A stretch of DNA of 64,000 nt from an uncultured Chloroflexia bacterium (lineage in GTDB: Bacteria; Chloroflexota; Limnocylindria; Limnocylindrales; CSP1-4). Of the stretch, positions 30,347 to 39,827 are shown piece by piece. Under the pieces are notes generated by a model. The model was not told the DNA's origin, ran no database searches, and was given only the letters and a program-made list of their open reading frames with translations. Each line of letters opens with the position of its first letter. Within the stretch, counting starts at the first letter, position 1. A program made the translations under genes and the position numbers. The stretch spans positions 1,978,806 through 2,042,805 of the forward strand of contig CAVYBA010000002.1 of the NCBI GenBank assembly GCA_963766675.1, written 5' to 3'.

Positions 30347-33022
30347 CTAGCCGACGATATCGAGGTTCGCGAGACTGCCCAGCATCGTCTTTCGTCCGAC
30401 GGCTGGATCCTTGAAGGCGACCGTGACCTCCTCGTCGCTGCGAGTGAGCTTGCTGGTGACCACGATCCCGTCGCCCCAGCGGGCGTGGCGGACGCGGTCT
30501 CCATCGCGGTAGCGACGTTCGCCCGGGATGATCGGGCGGGGCTGACGGGGTCCGGGACCTGGCTCCGGCCGGCTCGCGTCGTCCCGGTCGAGGTCGTCGT
30601 CCCAGGCGCGAACCGGGCGCCGCAACGAGCCGGACGGTGCGCCCTCGGCGAACGCCTCGCGCTTGGCGGCGAGATCGCGGCTCGGACGGAACGGCTCGCC
30701 GTCCGCCGGCGCGCCGGGTCGGCCGCTCCCCTGTCGATATGCCGGACCACCTCCTCGCGGCTGCGTCCCGAACCGGCTCGTGCGGCGAGCACCGAAGACG
30801 AGATCGAGGTCGAGATCACGTTCGTCGGTTCCGCCGAGCTGCGGGCCGATCATCAGCTCGGCCGGGATCTCGAGCAGGAACCGCGAGGGAACGGATGCCT
30901 GGCCCATGCCCCAGGTCGCCCGCCGCCAGGCATGGGACAGGTAGAGACGCCGCTTGGCCCGGGTGATCCCGACGTAGGCCAGACGGCGCTCCTCCTCGAG
31001 CTCCTTCTCGTCGTCGAGCGCGCGGCTGTGCGGGAACAGGCCCTCCTCGAGCCCAGCGATGAACACGACCGGGAACTCGAGTCCCTTGGCGGCGTGGAGC
31101 GTGATCAGGGTCACCGCATCCGCGTTGCCCTCGTAGGAATCCTGGTCGGCCACGAGCGCGGTCTCCTCGAGCAGCCGGTCCAGCGCGTCGTCCGGGGCCA
31201 GGTCGTCGTAACGCGTCGTGACGGAGCGCAGCTCGAGCAGGTTTGCCCAGCGCTCCTCCCCGTCCTCCGAGCCGTCGGCCAGCATCGCGCGATAGCCCGA
31301 GGCCTCCAGGGCCTCGTCCAGCAGCTCGGGCAGGGCCAGTACTCCGATCCGTCCGCGGAGCCGCCGGACCAGTGCCGCGAATTCGGCCAGCGCGTTGCGG
31401 GTCCGCGCAGCGATCCCGTCGAGCTCGCCGCGCGCTCCCGTCTCGATCGCCGCCCAGGTCGTCCCGCCTTCGCGAGCGGCCGCCGACCGGAGGACCTCGA
31501 TCGTTCGCTCCCCGATCCCCCTGGCCGGGATGTTGATGATCCGTTCGAAGCTGACGCTGTCCGTGTCCGAGCGCAGGATCCGCAGGTAGGCCAGCGCGTC
31601 CTTGACCTCGCGGCGGGCGTAGAACCGGGTCCCGCCCACGAGCTGGTAGCGGATCCCGTAGCGGAGGAACGATTCCTCGAGGGCTCGCGACTGCGCGTTC
31701 ATCCGGTACATCACCGCGATCTCGCGGGCACGGAAGCGGACGTCCTCGTCGTCGGCCTTGCGCGTCAGGGCACTCGATCGGCCCCCGACCAGGCCCTCGA
31801 CCTGGCGGGCGATCCACTCGGCCTCCTCGTCCTCGTTGTACGCCTCGAAGCGCTGGATCCGGACGCCGCCGGCATTCTCGGTCCACAGCTTCTTGTCCTT
31901 GCGCGCGCTGTTGCGCGACACGACCGCATGCGCCGCGTCGAGGATCAGCTGGGTCGAGCGGTAGTTCTGCTCGAGCTTGACGACCGCGGTGTCCGGCCAG
32001 TCGCGCTCGAAATCGAGGATGTTCCGCAGGTCGGCCCCGCGCCACGAATAGATCGACTGGTCATCGTCACCGACCACGCACAGGTTGTGGTGCCTGGCGG
32101 CCAGTGCCCGGACCCACAGGTACTGTGCCCGGTTGGTGTCCTGGTACTCGTCGACGTGGAGGTAGCGCCAGCGCTCCTGGTACTTCGCGAGCACCTCGGG
32201 CGCCTCGTCGAACAGGCGGACGGCCTCCAGGAGCAGGTCATCGAAGTCGAGCGCCTGTGCCTTCCGGAGCCGCTCGCGGTAACGCGTCGCCAAGCGCGCG
32301 ATCAGTCGTTCGCGGTGGTTCGCGGCATGGTCTGACAGGAAGGTCGGGTCGAGCATCTCGTTCTTCGCCCGGCTGATCGCGCCGAGCACGATGCTCGGCC
32401 GGAACTCGCCGGTCAACGGCAGGTCTTCCTCGCGCAGGATCTGCTTCATCAGCGACTGCTGGTCGTCGGTGTCGTAGATCACGAACCGGCGGCTGACCCC
32501 GATCTGCTCGCCGTCCTGGCGGAGAACGCGCGCACACAGGGCGTGGAACGTGCCGGCCATCACGTCCCGGCCGCCCTCCCCGACCAGGCTGATGATCCGC
32601 TCGCGGAGCTCCGTGGCGGCCTTGTTCGTGAAGGTGACCGCGAGGATTCGCCAGGGGGCGACGTCCCTCACGCCGACCAGGTACGCGATCCGGTGCGCCA
32701 GCACGCGAGTCTTGCCCGAGCCGGCACCGGCGAGGATCAGCAGCGGCCCTTCCGTGGTGGTCACGGCGCGTGCCTGTTCCGGATTGAGCGCCCGGACGAT
32801 CTGCTCGGCGCGGGCGGTGCGCGCGGCGGCCAGCGCGGCGGGATCCGGCCGCGAGTGAACCCCTGGATCTTCCTCGACGGTGGCGGCCGCGTCGCGCATC
32901 CAGGCCGGTTCCTCGGGCGCGCCGGCGCGCGCATCGGCGAGTTCCGTGAAGGCCGTGCCCGAGGCCTCAGCCGACGCTTCGGGCGCGCTGTCGCCGGTTC
33001 GTCGACGTCGGGTGGGGCTCAC
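30347..33022 (-). CDS. pcrA: ATP-dependent DNA helicase, UvrD/PcrA family
   Basis: 891 aa, GTG start. Walker A AGAGSGKTRVL, helicase motifs throughout, and a C-terminal Tudor-like tail (RWGDGIVV). Confidence 0.92.
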   Translation of the reverse strand: MSPTRRRRTGDSAPEASAEASGTAFTELADARAGAPEEPAWMRDAAATVEEDPGVHSRPDPAALAAARTARAEQIVRALNPEQARAVTTTEGPLLILAGAGSGKTRVLAHRIAYLVGVRDVAPWRILAVTFTNKAATELRERIISLVGEGGRDVMAGTFHALCARVLRQDGEQIGVSRRFVIYDTDDQQSLMKQILREEDLPLTGEFRPSIVLGAISRAKNEMLDPTFLSDHAANHRERLIARLATRYRERLRKAQALDFDDLLLEAVRLFDEAPEVLAKYQERWRYLHVDEYQDTNRAQYLWVRALAARHHNLCVVGDDDQSIYSWRGADLRNILDFERDWPDTAVVKLEQNYRSTQLILDAAHAVVSRNSARKDKKLWTENAGGVRIQRFEAYNEDEEAEWIARQVEGLVGGRSSALTRKADDEDVRFRAREIAVMYRMNAQSRALEESFLRYGIRYQLVGGTRFYARREVKDALAYLRILRSDTDSVSFERIINIPARGIGERTIEVLRSAAAREGGTTWAAIETGARGELDGIAARTRNALAEFAALVRRLRGRIGVLALPELLDEALEASGYRAMLADGSEDGEERWANLLELRSVTTRYDDLAPDDALDRLLEETALVADQDSYEGNADAVTLITLHAAKGLEFPVVFIAGLEEGLFPHSRALDDEKELEEERRLAYVGITRAKRRLYLSHAWRRATWGMGQASVPSRFLLEIPAELMIGPQLGGTDERDLDLDLVFGARRTSRFGTQPRGGGPAYRQGSGRPGAPADGEPFRPSRDLAAKREAFAEGAPSGSLRRPVRAWDDDLDRDDASRPEPGPGPRQPRPIIPGERRYRDGDRVRHARWGDGIVVTSKLTRSDEEVTVAFKDPAVGRKTMLGSLANLDIVG

Positions 33023-33028
33023 CCACCC

Positions 33029-33034
33029 ATTGTA
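33029..33034 (-). promoter_or_regulatory. -10-like TACAAT exactly 6 nt upstream of the pcrA GTG (putative leaderless promoter)
   Basis: Minus strand reads ccaaccTACAATgggtggGTG. No SD. Confidence 0.5.
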
Positions 33035-33079
33035 GGTTGGGGCGCTCTCCGGGCGACTTCGCGACCGGCCGGCGCGCGA

Positions 33080-33874
33080 TCAGGAACCCGACTGGACCTG
33101 GTCGGCCGGTGGAGCGCTGACCGTCACGCCCTCGTCCCACTTGGAGAACGTCAGGCCGAGGGTGATGGAACCCTGGTCGCCCATGGCGGCAGTCGCGGCC
33201 AGGCCGGCCAGACGCGTGCTGGTCTTCTCGACCCGGATGGTCAGGCTCAGGCTTGCGGCCCCGAGATCGATCGGCAGCGCGCTCGCCGCGGCACCGTCGC
33301 CGCCGAGCTTGCTGATCTCGTCCGGCGTGAGATCGATCTTGACGGTGTAGCACTGCGTGCTGCCGCAGGCGACGTCCTCGCCCTTGACCGGATCGACGCC
33401 GGGTTGGGCGAGCGCCTCGCCGATGCTGTCGACGAGGCTCTTGCTGTCGGTCGGGTTGACCGGCAGCGAGTCGATCGCCTTCTGGCTCTGGAACTTGTCG
33501 CCGGTCAGGGTGGTCTTGACGTACGACGTGTCGCCGATCTGGATGAGCTCGCCCGACAAACCGAGCAGCGCCGGGACGGCGAACGTTGCATCGGCGCTGC
33601 CGGCCATCAGGTCGATGTCCGCCGCGGCGGTCGTGCCCGTCAGCGAGATCTCGGCCCCGGACCCGCCGCTCCCGCTGAGGTCGGCCTTGATGCTGCCATC
33701 GAGCGTTGCGTCGACGTGGACGCTCTTGGCCGCCTGGGCGCTGCGGACCGCGGCGGTCACGATCTCCCTGGGATCGGTCAGGGACGGAGCCGCGGCCGTC
33801 CCGCACGCGGCCATGACGATCGACGCTGCGGCAAGCAGGCCGAGCAGCGGGCCAAGACGACGGGTTGGCGACAT
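33080..33874 (-). CDS. LppX/LprAFG-family lipoprotein (LprG-like)
   Basis: ATG 33874 preceded by GAGGGGGG. Lipobox IVMAAC. Overall length and the C-terminal LTFSKWDEGVTVSAPP closely resemble the mycobacterial LprG C-terminus (recalled from memory). Confidence 0.7.
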   Translation of the reverse strand: MSPTRRLGPLLGLLAAASIVMAACGTAAAPSLTDPREIVTAAVRSAQAAKSVHVDATLDGSIKADLSGSGGSGAEISLTGTTAAADIDLMAGSADATFAVPALLGLSGELIQIGDTSYVKTTLTGDKFQSQKAIDSLPVNPTDSKSLVDSIGEALAQPGVDPVKGEDVACGSTQCYTVKIDLTPDEISKLGGDGAAASALPIDLGAASLSLTIRVEKTSTRLAGLAATAAMGDQGSITLGLTFSKWDEGVTVSAPPADQVQSGS

Positions 33875-33997
33875 CGGGTGATCCCCCCTCGGGTCTGTGA
33901 CGGCGGCGCGAGGCCGCGTTGGGTTTTCCGTGACAGAGTCCCTTCCGTCGCGGCCATCTGTCAACCGGCCGAAGGTCACGGACGGCTGGGTCGACCC

Positions 33998-34034
33998 GAA
34001 ACGAACGACCCCCGGCGGTGCCGGGGGTCGTTCG
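33998..34034 (-). terminator. Intrinsic terminator of groES-groEL
   Basis: 21 nt after the groEL stop: 14-bp perfect stem CGAACGACCCCCGG / CCGGGGGTCGTTCG with a 5-nt loop, followed on the minus strand by TTTC. Confidence 0.6.
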
Positions 34035-34054
34035 CTGTTGCGAGTCGTTGCGGG

Positions 34055-35740
<1,686 letters not shown>

Positions 35741-36055
35741 TCAGTCCGCGACGATCGCCAGGATGTCCTTCTGGCTGACGATGAGGAGATCCTCGCCGTC
35801 GACCTTGAACTCGGTGCCGGCGTACTTGGCATAGAGGACCTTGTCGCCGGTCTTGACGTCCATGGCCTCGCGCTTGCCATCCTCGAGGATCTTCCCGGGA
35901 CCGGCGGCGAGGATCAGGCCTTCCTGGGGCTTCTCCTTGGCGGTGTCCGGCAGGACGATGCCGCTCTTGGTCATCTCCTCGCGGGCGCTCGGCTGGATGA
36001 CTACCCGGTCGCCGAGTGGGCGAAGCTTGGTCGAGATCGCAGTGGCTTTGGCCAA
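35741..36055 (-). CDS. groES: Co-chaperonin GroES (10 kDa)
   Basis: 104 aa from TTG 36055, with AGGAGGA 7 nt upstream. [27 protein letters not shown] is classic GroES. Confidence 0.93.
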   Translation of the reverse strand: MAKATAISTKLRPLGDRVVIQPSAREEMTKSGIVLPDTAKEKPQEGLILAAGPGKILEDGKREAMDVKTGDKVLYAKYAGTEFKVDGEDLLIVSQKDILAIVAD

Positions 36056-36234
36056 CGTGCATTCCTCCTGTGACGGCCAGGACCGACCGTCGGGCGTGGA
36101 CTCGGGGGGTCGTCCGGCCGAACGGGACGGAGGCGAGACCTCCCTGGACTCTTGTGTGGTGCATCGCCGTACGACCTGTCCGACCCTCCAGCCGGTTCCT
36201 TCCGGCGACCGTCGGATGCGGTGGTTCGCGATGC

Positions 36235-36261
36235 TTAGCACTCTCACGTCGAGAGTGCTAA
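36235..36261 (-). promoter_or_regulatory. CIRCE element (HrcA operator) TTAGCACTC-N9-GAGTGCTAA
   Basis: Perfect match to the CIRCE consensus inverted repeat, 180 nt upstream of groES and 4 nt downstream of the -10 hexamer. Confidence 0.92.
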
Positions 36262-36265
36262 GCGG

Positions 36266-36295
36266 AGACTAGCGAACGCGGGTCGCGCCTGTCAA
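36266..36295 (-). promoter_or_regulatory. groESL promoter TTGACA-N18-TAGTCT
   Basis: Minus strand has TTGACA (36295..36290, overlapping the upstream lipoprotein stop codon), an 18-nt spacer, then TAGTCT (36271..36266). Confidence 0.55.
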
Positions 36296-36987
36296 CCCGC
36301 CGGCGCCTCGGGGTGCGCGATCATCACGGTCACGTCGTTGCCGTCCCGGGCGAGCGTGACGCAGCCGGACCCGTCGTAGCCCACATCCCAGCCGACGATC
36401 CCCTCGGATGCGTCGTACTGGATGGCCTCGCGCAGGGCCGTCAGTTCCGGCTTGGCGATGGTCGGGCCGTGGTAGGTTGCGGTCCCGGACTCGTCCGCGA
36501 GCGTCATCCCGCTGAACCGGAGCTGCACCGCGTGCTGGCCGAGCAGCTCGAATGTCTGGCCGCTCCCGGCGTAGCTGAACGGCGGCTGCGCGGCCTCGAG
36601 GGTCCCCCGTGCCGGTCCGCCCGGACCGGGCGTCGACGGCTCGAAGACGAAAGTCAGCAGGTCCTCGGTTGGGGTCGATGAGATCGCCAGGTCGACCAGG
36701 CGATCGGACGGCAGGAGTCCGCTCTGCGTGGTCACGGGACAGACGGCCGGCGAGGCGACGGATGGCATCGCCGGCGACGGTCCAGGCGGGGTCGGCGTCG
36801 AGGCGGCCGCCGACGCGACGGTCGACGCCGGGGGCGGCGCTTCCGAGGACGACGTCGACGGCGGCGACAACGGTGTCGCGGACTCGGTCCGGCTGGCGGT
36901 CGGACCCGGCGTGGTGGCGCAACCCATCGCGGCGACCGCGATCGCGACTCCGAGGACGAGTGGCGCACGGCCTCTCGAACGGATCAT
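36292..36987 (-). CDS. Putative lipoprotein with Pro/Ser/Thr-rich linker and C-terminal beta-rich (AMIN-like) domain
   Basis: ATG 36987 overlaps the tatD stop (ATGA), with GGAGG upstream. Lipobox AAMGC. The track start at 37104 is rejected. Confidence 0.55.
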   Translation of the reverse strand: MIRSRGRAPLVLGVAIAVAAMGCATTPGPTASRTESATPLSPPSTSSSEAPPPASTVASAAASTPTPPGPSPAMPSVASPAVCPVTTQSGLLPSDRLVDLAISSTPTEDLLTFVFEPSTPGPGGPARGTLEAAQPPFSYAGSGQTFELLGQHAVQLRFSGMTLADESGTATYHGPTIAKPELTALREAIQYDASEGIVGWDVGYDGSGCVTLARDGNDVTVMIAHPEAPAG

Positions 36988-37814
36988 CCGGGCCTCCGTC
37001 GGCTGAGCAAGGTCCGGTCGTATGACGCCACGAGGACCGGTCCCAGTGACTCGGCGGTCTCGCCCCGTCGTTCGGCCAGCCAGCTCGCGGTGACGGCGAC
37101 CCATTCGGGTTCATTGCGCTTCCGCGGGGCCCCCGGCGGGGACAGGAACGGCGCGTCCGTCTCGACCAAGAGCCGATCAGGCAATGCGATCGCGGCCGCC
37201 TCCCCGGCGGCTTCCTCGCCGTGCCGGAAGACCAGCCCCGAGAAGCTGATCGCGAGCCCCAGGTCGACCACCGTCCGGGCGTAGTCGGCGGGCCCGGAAT
37301 ACGAGTGGATGATCGCTGCCGGCCGGTCACCGAACGCCGCCGCCCAGGCCGGGCCGCCGATCCCGGCCAGCCGGAGCTCGTCGACCAGCGCATCCTGGGC
37401 GTCGCGTTCGCCGTTCGCCGATCGGCAGTGGAGGATCGCCGGCTTGCCGGTCTCCAGCGCCAGACCGAGGTTGCGCCGGAGGTTCGACAGCTGGTCCGGG
37501 ATCGGGCTGAAGACGCGATCGAAGTCCAGCCCGGTCTCGCCGATGGCCACGACCCGAGGATCGCGCGCCCGGTCGGCGATCGTGGCCCAATCCGCGTCGT
37601 CGACCCTGGCGGCGTCGTGTGGGTGCACGCCGACCGCCGCGTCCATCCACGGATAGCGATCGACGACGGCCAGGGCGCGCTCGCTCGACGCCAGGTTCCA
37701 GCCGGGCACGAGGAGCCGCTCGACACCGGCGAGGCGGGCTCCGCCGACCACCAGGTCGATGTCACCGTCGAATCGATCGGCGTTGAGGTGGCAGTGGCTG
37801 TCGATGAGACGCAC
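36984..37814 (-). CDS. tatD: TatD-family metal-dependent hydrolase (DNase)
   Basis: 276 aa. MRLIDSHCHLN start, with conserved His/Asp/Glu pattern throughout. Confidence 0.88.
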   Translation of the reverse strand: MRLIDSHCHLNADRFDGDIDLVVGGARLAGVERLLVPGWNLASSERALAVVDRYPWMDAAVGVHPHDAARVDDADWATIADRARDPRVVAIGETGLDFDRVFSPIPDQLSNLRRNLGLALETGKPAILHCRSANGERDAQDALVDELRLAGIGGPAWAAAFGDRPAAIIHSYSGPADYARTVVDLGLAISFSGLVFRHGEEAAGEAAAIALPDRLLVETDAPFLSPPGAPRKRNEPEWVAVTASWLAERRGETAESLGPVLVASYDRTLLSRRRPG

Positions 37815-37852
37815 GCCAGGATGGTACCCGGCGCGCGGCGCCGGCCGGGATC

Positions 37853-38052
37853 TCAGGCCTGCACGTTCTCCCAGAGACCGATCTCGTTGCCCTCCGAATC
37901 ACGGACCGCGGCCCAGCGTCGCATGCCCGGGCTCTCACTCGTTGGCGTGACCACGGCTCCGCCGTTCGCCTCGGCCGCGGCGATCGCGTCCTCGACGCGG
38001 TGCTCGACGTCGTCGGCAGGGAACTCGTGTGGGTGACGTCGCCCTTCGCCAC
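37853..38052 (-). pseudogene. Single-module VOC/glyoxalase-like mini-gene, apparently frameshifted after codon 8
   Basis: AAGGAG-N7-GTG (38052) opens a frame reading VAKGDVTH. The adjacent frame from ~38029 reads HEFPADDVEHRVEDAIAAAEANGGAVVTPTSESPGMRRWAAVRDSEGNEIGLWENVQA* (one beta-alpha-beta-beta-beta VOC module) but has no start codon of its own. Confidence 0.4.
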
Positions 38053-38104
38053 CGGGGGACTCCTTCCGTTGCCGACGGCCTGGCCCGCTCCGACCGTCGA
38101 TTCC

Positions 38105-39757
38105 CTAGGCCTCGGTTTCGGTTTCGAGGCGCGGGAAGAGCGGCTCCGGCGTGCTCACACGACCCTCGGCCGGCGCACTCCCCCAGCCCAGGAGATCCTC
38201 GAGCGGCGGGCCACCGTTCCCGTCGGCGGCATAGGGATACTGCTGGCCGAGTTGCGCCATCACGCGCTGGGCCGTCGCCGGAAGGAAGGGAGCGCCGGCG
38301 AGGCCGAGCAGGCGACAGGCCTCGAGCAGGTCGCCGAGGACGTCGCGCAGCCGCGCGGCGGCGTCGGGATCGCCAGCCTTTGCGAGCTTGGCCAGCTCCC
38401 ATGGCTTCTCCGCGTCGACCAGGCGATTGGCCGCGCCGACGAAGTCCCACAGGGCGGCCAGCGACTCATGCAGCAGGCAGCGCTCGATGGCAGCCCGGTA
38501 CCGATCGAGGGTGTCCATCCACGAGTCCCGAAGGGATGCCGCAGGGCCGGGTCCCGGTCGCTCACCGGCCAGGTACCGGTTGGTCATCGACACGGTCCGG
38601 TTGACGAGGTTGCCGAAGTCGTTGGCGAGGTCCGCGTTGTAGCGACGGACGAATGAATCCCAGCTCACCTCCGCGTCGCGGTCGAACGGCACCTCGCGGA
38701 GCGCCACGTACCGCGCGCCGTCCTGGCCGAACGCTGCGACGAAGTCGTTGGGGTCGAGGAAGTTGCCGCGGCTCTTGCTCATCCGCTCGCCGCCGGCGGC
38801 CAGCAACCAGCCATGGACCCAGACGCGGCGGGGCGCCTCCAACCCGGCGCTCCATAACATCGCCGGCCAGAAGATCGTATGGAAGCGGGCGATGTCCTTA
38901 CCGATCACGTGGAGGTCGGCCGGCCAATAGCGCTCGAACGAGGCCAGGTCGTCGGGAAACCCGGCGCCCGTGATGTAGTTGATCAGCGCGTCGAACCAGA
39001 CGTAGATCTTGCCCGCTGCCGGATCCCACGAGCCGTCTTCGCGCCGGGATGGCTCGCCCTTCTCCATGACGGGGAATGGGATCCCCCAATCGCCCGGCGT
39101 CCGCTCGCGACTGATCGAGAAGTCCTCGAGGCCGCTCCGGATGAAGCCGAGCATCTCGTTGCGCCGGTAGTCCGGCTGGACGAAGTCCGGGTGATCGGCG
39201 AAGTGGCGCTCGAGCCGCTCCTGGTACGCCGACAATCGGAAGAACCAGTTGCGCTCGGTCAGCCACTGGAGCGGGATTTCCGGATGGTTGGGACAGATCG
39301 TGCCGCGAGCGGTCTCGACCACGTCGGTGGCGTTCCGGAAGCCCTCGTTCGGGCAGTACCAGCCTTCGTAGGTGCCCGGGTAGATATCGCCGTTGGCATG
39401 AGCCCGACGGACCATCTCCTGGGCCGACCGAACGTGGTCCGGATCGGTGGTCCGGATGAACCGGTCCGGGCTGATCCCGAGCGCGGCCTCGGCGGCCTTG
39501 AAGAAGCCGACCTTCTCGTCGACGAACGCCTGCGTCGGCCGGCCCTCGTCGACGGCGCTCTGGGCGATGTTGATCGAGTGCTCGTCGGTTCCCGTCAGGA
39601 ACCGCGTGTCATCGCCGAGCATCCGGTGCCAGCGGGCGATGACGTCCGCCCCGATGACCTCGTACAGCGTATGGAGGCCCGGCCGGTTGTTGGCGTAAGC
39701 AATCGAGGTCGTGAGGTAGAACCGGGGCCGATCGCTTCGGTCAGAGTGGTCGGTCAT
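38105..39757 (-). CDS. metG: Methionine--tRNA ligase
   Basis: 550 aa, class I aaRS. N-terminal FYLTTSIAYANNRPGLHTLYEVIGADVIARW and a KMSKS variant ERMSKSRGN. Confidence 0.93.
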   Translation of the reverse strand: MTDHSDRSDRPRFYLTTSIAYANNRPGLHTLYEVIGADVIARWHRMLGDDTRFLTGTDEHSINIAQSAVDEGRPTQAFVDEKVGFFKAAEAALGISPDRFIRTTDPDHVRSAQEMVRRAHANGDIYPGTYEGWYCPNEGFRNATDVVETARGTICPNHPEIPLQWLTERNWFFRLSAYQERLERHFADHPDFVQPDYRRNEMLGFIRSGLEDFSISRERTPGDWGIPFPVMEKGEPSRREDGSWDPAAGKIYVWFDALINYITGAGFPDDLASFERYWPADLHVIGKDIARFHTIFWPAMLWSAGLEAPRRVWVHGWLLAAGGERMSKSRGNFLDPNDFVAAFGQDGARYVALREVPFDRDAEVSWDSFVRRYNADLANDFGNLVNRTVSMTNRYLAGERPGPGPAASLRDSWMDTLDRYRAAIERCLLHESLAALWDFVGAANRLVDAEKPWELAKLAKAGDPDAAARLRDVLGDLLEACRLLGLAGAPFLPATAQRVMAQLGQQYPYAADGNGGPPLEDLLGWGSAPAEGRVSTPEPLFPRLETETEA

Positions 39758-39827
39758 GGGACGGCGATGGTAGCAGCGGCCGAGGGCGAGGATCGACCCG
39801 CGCGAGCCGACCGACCGTGCCCGCCGA

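Noticed and set aside
37853-38107. The frame after the metG TAG stop stays open for 83 codons and ends in a VOC-like module (possible stop-codon readthrough or MetRS C-terminal fusion)
   Set aside because: The first ~25 codons after TAG (GIDGRSGPGRRQRKESPGGEGRRHP) look non-coding. An independent AAGGAG-GTG start exists in the neighbouring frame, and being in the same frame is a 1-in-3 coincidence. A frameshifted separate mini-gene is the simpler reading.
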